Source: Takakia lepidozioides
Lineage: Eukaryota; Plantae; Bryophyta
DNA: 64,000 bases
Reading direction: 5' to 3'
Assembly: GCA_030704615.1 (NCBI GenBank)
Contig: CM060731.1
Location: 84,134,001-84,198,000, forward strand
Shown: positions 37,690 through 49,810 of the stretch, piece by piece
Layout of the letters: every line of letters begins with the position of its first letter
Numbering within the stretch: the first letter of the stretch is position 1
The notes under the pieces: model-generated
The model's database searches: none
What the model saw: only the letters and a program-made list of their open reading frames with translations
Told to the model about the DNA's origin: nothing
Program-made: the position numbers and the translations under genes

Positions 37690-40600
37690 ATGGAAGGCAC
37701 ATTTGCGGAAATGGTCGCCATTTTGCAGAGTCTTCAGCTCTAGATGCAAGAACTTTGTACCTCTACCGCCCAATTACAAGCTGATCAGTCTCAAGATCTT
37801 GGCAACGCTCTCCACAATTTGCAATAACAAATTTTAAAGTTAAAGGAGTCGAACAATGGATCTGCAACCATACGAATCCCTACTGCAACAGCTCCTACTG
37901 CAACGGTTCATCTTCAACAGATTATGAGAGAACCAAAAATCAGCATGCCCGAGAAATTTGATGGGACGAGATCAAGATTTTGCGGTTTTGTTCAACAAGT
38001 ACGATTGTTCCTACGACTACATCTACAACGCTACCCCGATGAAGGTATTCAAGTGGGATTCGTGGGCACCCTTCTATCAGACACCGCCCTATCTTGGTTT
38101 GTATACTGAGCGAATTCATCACCCAAGTCATTGCATGCGATAATCGTTTGTTCGAAAAACATCAAGAGAAGCGATCTGGATGGTCGACGACGCATCATGC
38201 TGTTGCTACTAGGGCACCAAACACAACGATCCATCAGACATCCGGTAGTGATCAAAAGAAGATTCAAAGCTCGGGACGCAACTCAAGTGTTCGATACGAG
38301 GAGGTTGAAAAACGAAGATGTCCAGTCACAGTAGGGACCATGCGGCTCGACACCACAAATTCCTCACAAAAAAAAGGTTTTTTTTCTACCTCCAAACCCT
38401 GCATCTTGCTTCACAGTTCCGGTAAAAATCAGAGTGCAAAATCGAGATATCTCTGTAGAAGCACTTTTGGACTTAGGAGCTTCAACATGTTTTATTGATA
38501 AAAACTTTGCGCAGCAACACAATTTAACGCACGTAAAGAAGAAACTCTCGGCCCCCGTTGAAGTCATCGATGGACGACCGTTAGCATCAAGAAATGTTGA
38601 CCATGAAACTCGACCACTTGAAGTGAAGCTTAAAGATCAAGCATCACATATTGTTTTCAACTTCGTTTAGTCTCCAACGAATCATGTGATCCTTGGACTT
38701 CCCTGGTTTGTACTTCACAATCCTGACATCGACTGACGATTGCGAAAAATTTCTACAAGACAAAAATGTAGAAATATCAAAGGTATTCAACCCATGTTCC
38801 TTGGAGCTAGAGCTTTCATGAGAGCTACAAAAAAAGATGCGACATTTGCACTTTATGCGACTCCGATCAAGACCACAACAGACAAATGTACTTCAACGTT
38901 AACCACTCAATATCAAGATTTCAAGGATGTCTTCGAGAAGAAAAATGCAGACATATTGCCAGAACATCGACCTTATGATTGTGCAATTGAGTTACAAGAA
39001 GGAACCCAACCACCATTCGGCCCAATCTATAACTTATCCCAGACGGAGTTGGCTGCATTACGTGAATACATTGATGAAAATTTGTCGAAGAACTTCATCC
39101 AACATTCAAAATAACATGCGGGGACGCCTATCTCGTTTGTAAAAAAGAACGACGGATTATTACGCTTGTGTGTAGACTATCGCGGTCTCAACAAAGTCAC
39201 AATTAAGAATCGTTATCCGTTGCCACTGATTTATAGGCTTCTCGATCAGCTGGGACGAGCGAAGATTTTCACCAAAATTGAGTTGAGATGAGCTTATAAC
39301 CTTGTACGGATAAAAGAAGGAGACGAATGGAAAACATCTTTTCGAACAAGATATGGACATTTTGAATACAGTGTTATGCCTTTCGGTCTTACAAATGCTC
39401 CAGGAATTCTCCAACATATGATGAATGACATCTTTCGAGAATTTTTAGATGACTTTGTAGCCATATATTTGGACGATATTTTGATATTTTCGCAGAATGA
39501 AGAAGAACATGGCCGCCATGTACGCATTGTCTTTGACAAATTAAGAGAAAGAGGACTATATGTCAAGTTAGAATTTTTATTATTTTTTTTTTTTCATCAA
39601 TCTGAGGTCAAATTTCTGGGCTACATCATTTTCGACAAATGCGTCTTTATGAATCAGAAGAAGATACAAACCATCATCGAGTGGATTAGACCAACTTCGG
39701 TCCGAGATGTACAATGTTTTCTGGGATTTGCAAATTTCAATAAAATCTTCATCAATGACTACTCCAAAGTTGCTGCACCATTGACACGACTCACATGGAA
39801 GGACAAATTTGTATGGGACGAGAAGGCTGACCAGACATTTGAAAGGCTGAAACAGACATTTACAACGGCTCCAATACTGGTACATGCAGACCCATCTAAA
39901 CATTTTTTTTGGAAGCAGATGCATCGGACTTTGCACTTGGTGCTGTACTCTCTTAATACGGTACAGATGGCCGACTTCACCCTGTTGGTTTTCGTTCTCG
40001 CAAATTTTCCGCTGCGGAGATCAATTATGAAATCCATGACAAAGAACTTCTAGCGATTATCGATGCTTTTGAAGAGTGACATCATCTATTGGAGGGAGCT
40101 AAACATCAGGTCACTGTCTACACCGATCACAAAAACCTCGAGTATTTTATGAGTGTTCGTGTTTTAATGTCAAGCGAGATGAAATATGTCAGTAGCAAGG
40201 TTTGATTTTGTTATTACCTACCGTCCCGGGTATCTTCAAGGAAAACCAAATGCTCTTTCTCGACGATCGTATCTTGCGCCAAAAGAAGGGGACGCAGCTT
40301 TCGACCAACAAAAATCCATCATCTTGAAACCAACAAATCTCCAATTGAATATGCTATCCATGTCCACCTGTGACGATGCAGAGATCATAAAGGAGATTCA
40401 GGAAACACTGAAGAGCGACCAATTTGCTAAAACATTACGAAGTCAACTGAATCAACCTCAAGACCACCTACATGTTACAAACGATTTCGAATTCAAAGAT
40501 GGCTTACTTTACTTCAGGAACTTCTCTATGTACCTCCAGGACCTATACGACTTCGAATTCTTCAAACAGGTCATGATCTTCCGGCTGCAGGACATTTCGG

Positions 40601-41847
40601 CTTCAACAAAACAATGGAATTGATATACATGGACTATTGGTGGCCGCAAATGTGGAAACTCGTGAAAGAATTTATAAAATCTTGCGACACGTGTGCTAGA
40701 GCGAAGGGACCACAACATCGACCATACGGCCTTCTTCAACCATTACCCATTCCCAATGGTCCATGGTCGTCCGTGTCTATGGACTTTATTATGGTCCTTC
40801 CAATTTCCAAGACCACCGATTCAATCCTTGTTATTGTGGATTGTTTTACGAAGACGACACATTTCATTCCATGTAATAAGACGGTTACCAGCGATGAAAC
40901 TGCAAGACTCTTCCTCAATAATATCTACTGCATTCATGGACTCCTGAAGGACATCGTATCTGATCGAGAACCACAGTTCATATCAAATTTTTGGAGGGGA
41001 TTATTTCACATATTGGATACTAAGATCAACCTCTACAGCTAATCATCCACAAACTGATGGTCAAACTGAACGCGTAAACCAAATTTTGGAGCAATATCTT
41101 CGTTGTACGATAAATTATCACTAAGATAATTGGACGGACCTTCTGCCATTGGCTGAGTTTGCCTACAACAACACTATACATTCTTCGACCAAACAAACTT
41201 CATTTTTCTCCAATTATGGTCATCATCCTCGAGCAAACCCTTTCCACATGAAGACTGTTAGAAGCCATGCTGCGGAAAACCTTATTACTCATCTTGCTAC
41301 GATTCACAAGGAGCTTACATTACACTTCGCAGAAGCTCAAAAACAATACAAGGAATATGCAGGTCAACATCGACAACTTCAACCCCAATTCAAGGTCGGA
41401 GATCGTGTATGGCTTCTTCGACGGGACATACAAACCTCGCGATCAAAGAAGTTAGATTATCAACGCCTGCGACCATTCAAAATTATTCGTCAAATAAATC
41501 CGGTCAGTTTTCGGCTTGAACTCCCACGAAGTATGCGTATCCATCCAATCTTCCATGTCTTGTTATTAGAGTTGTATCATCACTCAAGTATCCCCAGGCG
41601 AGTTTTTGTACCACCTCCACCGATTGAAGTCAATCAGGAAATCGAGTATGAAGTCGATGAAGTCCTAGACTCTCGCATCAAGTATAAACATCTTGAGTAT
41701 TTCGTATATTGGAAAGGCTACGACATCAGCGAACGAACGTGGGAACCGTCATCCAACCTCACCAATGCATCTGACAAAGTCCAAACGTTCATCTACGATA
41801 TCCAGCTAAGCCTCGAGCCACACGTCAATAAAACGTCACTACGATGA
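37690..41847 (+). pseudogene. Chromovirus gag-pol (gag, protease, RT, RNase H, integrase, chromodomain)
   Basis: REPKISMPEKFDG (gag); ALLDLGAS (protease); MPFGLTNAP and YLDDILIFS (RT); SVSMDFI (integrase); EYEVDEVLDSR..YFVYWKGY..TWEP (chromodomain). Many stops and frameshifts. Confidence 0.95.
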
Positions 41848-42873
41848 TGTCAGCCAAGACTCCACATTCAGTGTACCTAACCTCCTGAGTAGTTTATCAA
41901 GTTACTCTCGGTAATTTGGTAAACTCCCGGTAATTTGGTAACTAATGGTAACTCATGGTAAATCACGGTAAATCATGATAAATCATGGTAACTTTTGGTA
42001 ACATGATAACTTGATAACTACTGGTATTTACTCCTGGTAAGTTCCTCTGGGCTATGTCGGTGACAGGGACCGCCTCATCTTACTTCTCCCGCCTCTGAAT
42101 TTCGTGTGATGGGACATTTAAACGGTCCTTATTACCATGTTTCTCTTATATATGAAAAAAACGACAAATTATTGGCATGGTGGAGGTTGTGGTCTGGTGG
42201 TAGGTCGGTGGTGATATAGCGATACAAGTGTGGGGTTCCATTCCCCGAACGCGGTTCTACCTCCATGGAGGTAGTTTATAATTACTCTCATGCAGGTAGT
42301 TAGCTTGGTTTTGCAACTTCATGTAAAAAATCCTAAAATTACCTGCATGGAGGTAATTGTAAATTTCTAAAGCAAAAAAAGTTCTAAGTCCTCAACGCAT
42401 GAAGGTAATTTGTTCCTATGTTAATGAGACGCCACACAAAATTCGGAGCCACTTCTCTCCAACAGCTCTAGAAGGAGGACCCACCACCCCCTCATATATC
42501 CTACTTCTATCTCTAGGCTTCACATATCAACCATTCCAACACTAGCCACTCCATTGCTCTCCCTTTTTTCTTTCTTTCTTTTTTCCCCCCTCTTTTCGAT
42601 CTTCAGAAATAATTCGTGCCTTTGACCCTTCCTTATTGGCTGTATCCGGCAAGGGATAGAGACATTGGGGAGACATCTTGCCTAGGGGGAAAACTAGGCT
42701 TTAATGGAGGGTTGATGGGGCGATTCATGAAGCCCTGGAAAAAGTATAAAACAACAACCCAAAATCACCGAAAGAGCCTCTTGTGGAGCCGCTTGTTTAT
42801 GATGCAAATGCCTAAGTCGTTAGCAACACGCCCACAAAGTAATTAACAGTTTACAAAGAAAGAAGCCATAAAA

Positions 42874-42953
42874 GATGGGATGTGGGATTTGATCCCACGC
42901 CCTCTCGGACTGGAGCCTAGATCCAGCGGCTTAGACCACTCGGCCAAACCGTC
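42874..42953 (-). tRNA. tRNA-Leu(UAG), probable pseudogene
   Basis: Minus strand reads GACGGTTTGGCCGAGTGGTCTAAG..CTGGA-TCTAGGC-TCCAG..GTGGGATCAAATCCCAC, with a long variable arm, anticodon TAG (42917-42919) and a following T-run. C at position 33, GATC in place of GTTC, and a mismatched acceptor stem indicate decay. Confidence 0.85.
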
Positions 42954-43583
42954 TAAACTAGGAGCAACAAATTGTAAGTTATGCTATTTATTTTTGTAAA
43001 TCTTGCGATCAATTGTACAACCACCTGATCACGCTCGCTTTGTCTTTTCTTTTCGCTTTTTATTTTATTTTTTAAATTTTTAAGCGAAAGGGGACGGACG
43101 CTTGTCTCCTTGTCGTAATAAAAAGAGTACATGCGTCATAGTACTATTAGGAAATATGGGTTCATGCTCTGCCCACAAGTGAGTTTTTTTTACGTCCAGC
43201 TCAAATCTGGCTTCTGAACGCACAGGTCGGAAACTGTGAAGAGAATCTGTTGAGTAACAAGCACAAGGACAGCACGAGCCTGGTTGTGTGGCACACCATC
43301 ACAAGGTTGTTTTTTGAGTGTGTACCAGTGGAGCCCACAACTTCATCAAGCAATCCATGGAGATGCAGGCCTATTGGTTTGCCCTTCACTTACTCCAGCC
43401 AGTGAGTGTGGCTCAATGGATTGGAGGTTTGGAGGGAGAAGGGAGGGCAGTTGATACCCTGAGACCATACAGCTTCACTACTACGGCCTGGTAGAACAGG
43501 GGAAAACTAGGGAGAGCTGCTACACAAGCTCATGACCCAATGAGCAATCATCCAAAGATGGGTATTTAGCTGTGCACCCAACA

Positions 43584-45740
43584 TCAACAAATGTCTAGAG
43601 ATAGTTGGTTCCTCAATGCTACAGTCCTTACAGAAGTGAGATTTGCAATAATCTCATTGGTCAGAATACCCTCTATGAGTGCCACAGGTATCCACCTCTT
43701 GGGTTGCACCTCCAAAATGTAGGACAAGTACGTTTGCACTCGTTGTTGCACATCCACACCTTGCAAGCCTGAGGCTGGCTTTATGCCCACCTGTATGAAA
43801 AGGTTCAACACAATTGCATTGAGAGATGGAGAGAACAGGAAAATGAGACAAAGGTCAAAGCCAGCCCAACTAAGAGCCACTTTTCTCTACAGAGGAGTTG
43901 CTGCCCTCTTTCATAGGCCCAAGGACATGTGAAAAAGGACACGGTAGAACAACATAGTCGTGGGGAGACAGAAGAAGAGAGAGATAAATGTATCAATTGA
44001 GTGTTCCATAAGGGCATAGTCCCCACAGGATACTCGCTCTCTTCGTGCCAGTTTTAGGTTTTCACGCCACAAGGGTGTATGAGACTCATTCCAAAATTGA
44101 CGTACTGCTCAAACACAGCCTAAAGGTGATTGAGAGTTTTGAGGTATGAGCTGACATGGAAATGATGGTAGAAAATATGGCAAGTCATATTGTGTCTTGA
44201 AGAGGGCAGGAGAATGAACCTTAGTGCTGTTGTGTTGCTTTTGTGGATTCTTCCTTTGATGGTGTCTTCCCTCGTTGCTGAGGTGTTTATGAAAAGGTTC
44301 CCAATTAGGTTTAATCCAGAAACTTGCCCTTTGAGAGAGAGAGAGTCCGGTTTGGAGGTAACTAGAGGAAAGGGAATCATACCTGGTGCATGCACCAGGT
44401 GCCACGGAAAATCTGAAAGTCACCCTCCACAGTCTCGAAGTGTAGGTCTCGGCGGGTTCCATCAGGAAGCACCTCTAAGGAAGCTTCAGTCACTTCAACC
44501 ACAGCTTTTGCTTGAAACTTCACACCAAAAGTGAGGTTTGTCTCTCCTATCTGTCCCCACAGAGCCATCAAAACCCCGGGCAAAAAGAAAAGAAAAACAC
44601 CTCTAAGGAAGCTTCAGTCACTTCAACCACAGCTTTTGCTTGAAACTTCACACCAAAAGTGAGGTTTGTCTCTCCTATCTGTCCCCACAGAGCCATCAAA
44701 ACCCCGGGCAAAAAGAAAAGAAAAACATTTATCACCAATGCATTTGAAAGAGACGGGAGGTCAATACTCGGACCAATACTCTTATTATGCTAACTGAGGT
44801 TGATATGTCTGGAGCAAAGTTTTGTTGTTCCATACTGTGTCCAACACCACCTGTGTGTCGTAAAACAGAAACATTCCAGAAGAATGTATTTTAACCTGGA
44901 CTACTTATGAGGTATGAAGAAACTATACGATTTCCACATCCCAGCACTCCAAATACTTCACTACGAACACCGGTCTCTGAAAGGATTGAACAGGGAGAAC
45001 AGTACCTGTAGAACACGAGCTCCATTAGAGCGGCGCTCTAGGAGCTGGCTGACAGCAAGGCCTGGGATGTGATCCGCAAGATTATCATAGTCTGTCAATA
45101 CTCCCCAGACAGCTTCCAACGGTGCACTGATTGCAACTCTTGCCTCCACCCTTCTCTTATTATTTCCCAATTTGTCTACTGTTACAAAAACACCTCCGCC
45201 CACCATCGCTGTGGAGACAGGTATGTCTTCCGCCTTGCTTTTCGGCTCAACGGAAACCCCCACCGAAGGCACCCCCTCCTTCTGCCTCCCAAAGGCTTTT
45301 AGCTGATGCACGAATGGTCTCTTTTGCCTAGACGACCTCCTAACGTTTGAGCGTTCCGTAACAATTGCAATCGAAAAATTTGCAGCTGTTGATTCACTAT
45401 GCCTTCTACTGTCTGGCCTTTCTTTGGTGGCTACAACGGCCATTTTCAAAGACCGAATTTTGTGAGGGGTGATCCGAGGTGTCGACATCCTACACATACT
45501 GTCCCCTCGTCCCGTCGCATTGTAGGAGGTGTTGATGCACCGGGTATTAGTCTTCTGACCTCCCAGAAATTGACACACTGGCGACGGATCTGGAAAGACT
45601 TTGCCTCTCCAAGCACAAGAATCATTGAAACTCGTCAAACATATCCCCCCGAGGGACCTTTTTCCTTGGCTATGAGTTTGAAGATGGAACTCCTTCGACA
45701 TTTCAATGCGGTTCGGAGTGTACGCTGCTGCATGGGTCAT
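43584..45740 (-). CDS. START/SRPBCC (polyketide cyclase/Coq10-like) protein, probably plastid-targeted
   Basis: Three in-frame GT-AG exons: 45740-45006, 44550-44383 and 43790-43584. RRVEARVAISAPLEAVWGVLTDYDNLADHIPGL, VEGDFQIFRGTW and LSYILEVQPK..IPVALIEG. Long S/R-rich N-terminal extension. Confidence 0.9.
44470..44725. repeat. Perfect 128-bp tandem duplication
   Basis: 44470-44597 is repeated at 44598-44725 and spans the exon 2 splice acceptor. Confidence 0.95.
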
Positions 45741-47897
45741 CTCCCAGATATCGGACGGAAAAGGGGCCCTGATAGCGCCTCCTCAGGATGTGGCGGGACA
45801 CGATTACCCAGTAGGAGCGGGACAATTCACCAAAATCCGTAGGACAAAACACGCTGGGAAAGCGGGTGCCGTGCACAGACACGCGTGGAGAGAGAGAGAG
45901 ACCACACAGCATACAGGAAGTTTTGTACTATGGAACGGTCAGGGCCGGGCCATTCTACCCCCCTTCTCTGCCCGGACTGAAACTTTGGCGAGGCCGGGAG
46001 CCCTGACCGTTCCATCGCGTTATGGTCAGAGGTGGTTTTTTCGTTTTTTCCCATCATCATTTTGGGCGCAAGGTCTTGTTCTTTCTTCTCCAACATTTTC
46101 GATCAAGGTCATGTAGAGGAAACGGTCAAGTAGATGAAACGTCATACTTGCCTCGCAAAAAACAATTGAGTACCTGCCCGCTACAGAAACTGCCCGAAAC
46201 ATGGAGGACCCGAGCATTCTGCCAACTATTCATGCATTCTGCGATCTGCTTGGGCATTCTGCGACCTACTCGGGCATTCTGCTACCTACTCGAATACTCT
46301 GCCATTTAACGGAGGGTCAAAAATGGCAGAAAAACCACCTCCTGACCATAACGAGCTTGCAAACCCACACTAACAGCTATGGCAGCATTGCATACTGCCC
46401 ACATTCTGGGAGAAATGTTTTTTGCTTAAGCCCCTCTACTTCATTATGAATGACTGGGCAAAACCCAAATACCAAAATCACGGAGAGATCGATGAACCCT
46501 GGTTGAATTACGCGGGGAAAGTGGTGGTGACACCTGGAGACCGTGGACATTTATCCTTCATACACTGACACGTGAGTTTCGGGCTACCTAATCTTCTTCA
46601 GAGTTTTGTTTTAACTTAGCGGGTTAGGAGTTTATTGGACTTGGGTCCTTGTGCACATTGATTCAATTTTCATCCGTTAATGAGGCGTGATCATTTCGTG
46701 GAGATGATTGCAGCTTGGTCTCGTCTCTCGGTGCTGATGGTATGTGCTTAATGTCCAATCTTGTCGTGATCGTCACCGACTTTGACGGTCTGGCCATTGA
46801 CCAGAAGGTTTTATGAACAGTCACTCAACGTCACACATTACAAACCATGTACAAAGGACTTGTTACCTTTGCAGCTTACATCACCGTAGCCGCCTTTGGG
46901 AGCAAGTTCAGACAGTCTGCGTACTCTCTGCATTGGTCTTCTTTAGCTTTGCCAACAAATGGGTATGCCTTTTTCCTTCGGAAGGGAGGATACTCACCAC
47001 GCAAGGGAGGTTGGGTAATATCCGTGGCTTGAGCCTCCCTTCCTCTTGGCTAAGAAAAACACTACAGTTTTTTGAGTTAGGATGCAGCAAAATACATCAA
47101 GAATCACCTTACGGAACTAAAACCTGCAACACAAGGTACTGTGTGGGAGGCGTCACGCAGCTATGAGCGTCACTCTGACATCTGAACTCTTCTACTGCAT
47201 ACTTCGTGTGCAGGAACCGTGCATGTAAAGTGTGTGAGCAATAATAGGACATACATTTTAGCGATGACTTGCTGGCGAGCTCTAGAGGTGCTAGGACACA
47301 AATACAAGTTCCTTCACACATCTCTGTGCCGTCCTGTGTGACAAAATCAAATTCGTGGAACGGAGGTCAGTTGGTCTTTGAACCAAACCCACACTTATGG
47401 AATTGAAACGATAACCATGACAGGTACGCTACATGTAGTGTCACGTAATGTCCAGATTCAAGAACTCGTATTATTAAAGATATGAGTGAACGCAATCTCA
47501 GCTGTTTCGCACTGCAGCAGGATGCAACCGTTTCTCCCTATGTTCAAGGGATCCTCAGCGAGCACTTTAATCCACTGAAAGAAAACCCCACAATCACGCT
47601 TCTCTGCTCATCCCCCATTCTGTAGCCTTCTGGCGTGCCTATGAACTATTTGGAAGCTGAAAAGTGACATCTCCTTCCTTGGTTCCCTACCCGTCCCCGA
47701 GTGTCTCCCACGAAGATCTGCTTTCCACCCTTTTCCAAGCCTAAGTCTGCTTCAACCCATACATCCGAAGTGTGGAAAGAATAGCAACTGAAACTGCTTC
47801 GCGCCTCTTCAAACAGAGTCCGCAACGACCAATCAGTCCAAACACTCCACCAACTCGTAAGTCACAGTGATCCAAAACGAGGAAATGTGATGATGTC

Positions 47898-48368
47898 TCA
47901 ACCTGATAGCTTTGCAGTTTCACAGCTAAGCCTTGCCCTCTTTGCAGCATGAACTGCCACCTTCTTGACGAAAGGGGCGTAATCCTCCCACGGCAGTCCA
48001 TCCGGAAGCGCTGGGAGGTCGTCCGGAGAATCAGAAAAATTGAAAGGAATGTTTTTTCCTGTGTAGAATATGCCCACATCATATGCTCTAGCAGCTTCTT
48101 GGGGTGTCTTGTATGTCCCGAGCCATATCTTGCGCTTTTGAGCAGTTGGTCGGATCTCTGTAACCCACTTGTTGAGCTCTGGTCGATGCCGAACGCCTCT
48201 GTAATTAGTTACCTCTGGTTCCCTTTCCGTATCAAGCTCCGGGCTCCCCACATCGTATGGACGATTCAAATCGAAGTCTCTAACTCCATGACTAAACTTT
48301 TCTCTACATCGGAAATCTTCAATCTCTGCATATCGAAGGTGTTTTACAGATGATGCCATATCAGGCAT
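47898..48368 (-). CDS. AP2/ERF transcription factor (single AP2 domain)
   Basis: YRGVRHRPELNKWVTEIRPTAQKRKIWLGTYKTPQEAARAYD..FNF. The first in-frame ATG is at 48368; the ORF-track start at 48476 is TTG. An upstream exon is possible. Confidence 0.9.
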   Translation of the reverse strand: MPDMASSVKHLRYAEIEDFRCREKFSHGVRDFDLNRPYDVGSPELDTEREPEVTNYRGVRHRPELNKWVTEIRPTAQKRKIWLGTYKTPQEAARAYDVGIFYTGKNIPFNFSDSPDDLPALPDGLPWEDYAPFVKKVAVHAAKRARLSCETAKLSG

Positions 48369-49810
48369 CTCTAGCACGACTGTTACTACTAGTCCTCCCT
48401 CCACAACCTCGCCAAGTCCCGGCCAATCCCGGCTGCAGTGATCAACTAACTTATGAACCTCCCCCTCTCCATGCAATCCCCGGATATAAGCTCACATAGG
48501 CAGAGCTGCGAGCTTGCGACAAATAAAAGGCACACAAGGCACCACCAAGCAGTCAGTTTGACTGCCCACATCATTCCAAGAGGATTATGAGGGTCGAGTC
48601 GGTGGATGCCCCGAGACCCTCATTTTTCCAGCTTGTATAGTATTCCATGTTGACAGTGCTCACTCGTGCCTGCAGCCGTCAAAGGTGTCTGGGCAGAGAT
48701 GGAAGCATGTGGCGCCTGGCCGAGTAGGAGACAGAAGATAGGTTCAGGTCCACCGCCAAGCTCTCTCTCCGCTCCTTCCACCTTGCTTCGCCATAGCCAT
48801 TCAACCCCAGCTCTGACACTGCACGCAGCGCTGGAGTGCAGCGTACCACAGACCCAGCACCGCCACCGACAACGCTTTACTGCCACCCACCCACCGACAC
48901 TTCCCTCCTTTTGGACGATCGTCCCCGCACACCTCGTCCTCCGACGACAACTCCAGAGTTTCCGTCTGCGGTGAGAACGATCCTCCGCTCTGTGGTACCG
49001 ACTTCATCCACTCCCAACGTGCGGCTGACCTTATCTCTATTATAATATATGTAATATTAATAGTAATAATAATAATGATTCCAAAACGTGAATATTTTAT
49101 ATATTTATTGGAAAACTTTTCTGAAAGAGCACCGCCCTGGGCCCTACCGAGAGAGAGAGACACACAAGCAACTCTATCACTCATCTTTCTCACTTTTGTA
49201 GTAGGGTATTGTTGGCTCATGAGTGCAATGAATGCCATCTGCAAGACATCATTGTCTTCCATGAAACTGGGTTCTTCCTGGTGCAGCTCGCCTACCCTCT
49301 TCTTTTTTTGCCTCATGTTGCATATGTGCTCACCTCCCCAGCACTGAGAAATCAATTCAGTCCAGATCCATGTTTTATTTCATGCTGTGAACATTGAAAT
49401 CGTGGTGGTTGTCTATTCCTAATCTCCTGTGCATCATGCTTGAAAGAATCTGTTGGCAGGGTCGCCTTCATATTTGAACATACTAGTTACTTTTTGTCAC
49501 AAATTGTGACAACGTGTGTGTCTATATCTGAATGTGGGCATCCAAGGTTCACTCGATATCAATCGCCTAGAGAGCGATTTCGTTGTGTTCCGTACGAGTT
49601 TCCTATTACTGTGCAGTGCTCCCTGACAAGTTCAAGGTTTTTTAGGGTTTGATCTTTGATGGCTTCGTGTACTCTATTTAAATCAAGCTTGACATTCTCC
49701 CTAACACTTTGCAGCCTGACACTCTGAAATGGTCCGGGAGTTCCAGTCCACCCTGGGGCAGACGTGCAACTGGGTCCCCAGCTCTAATCGCACAAACCTG
49801 TACAGAGCGT

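Larger units (their letters stand above)
36297..42065. mobile_element. Chromovirus (Ty3/Gypsy, Tcn1-like) LTR retrotransposon with internal inversion
   Basis: TGTCA...TGACA ends; 5-bp TSD GGGAC at 36292-36296 and 42066-42070. Outer LTR parts and the PPT (36702-36716) are on the minus strand, while gag-pol is on the plus strand. Confidence 0.92.

Noticed and set aside
42874-42953. Functional or suppressor tRNA
   Set aside because: The anticodon is ordinary Leu TAG, and several structural mutations indicate a pseudogene.
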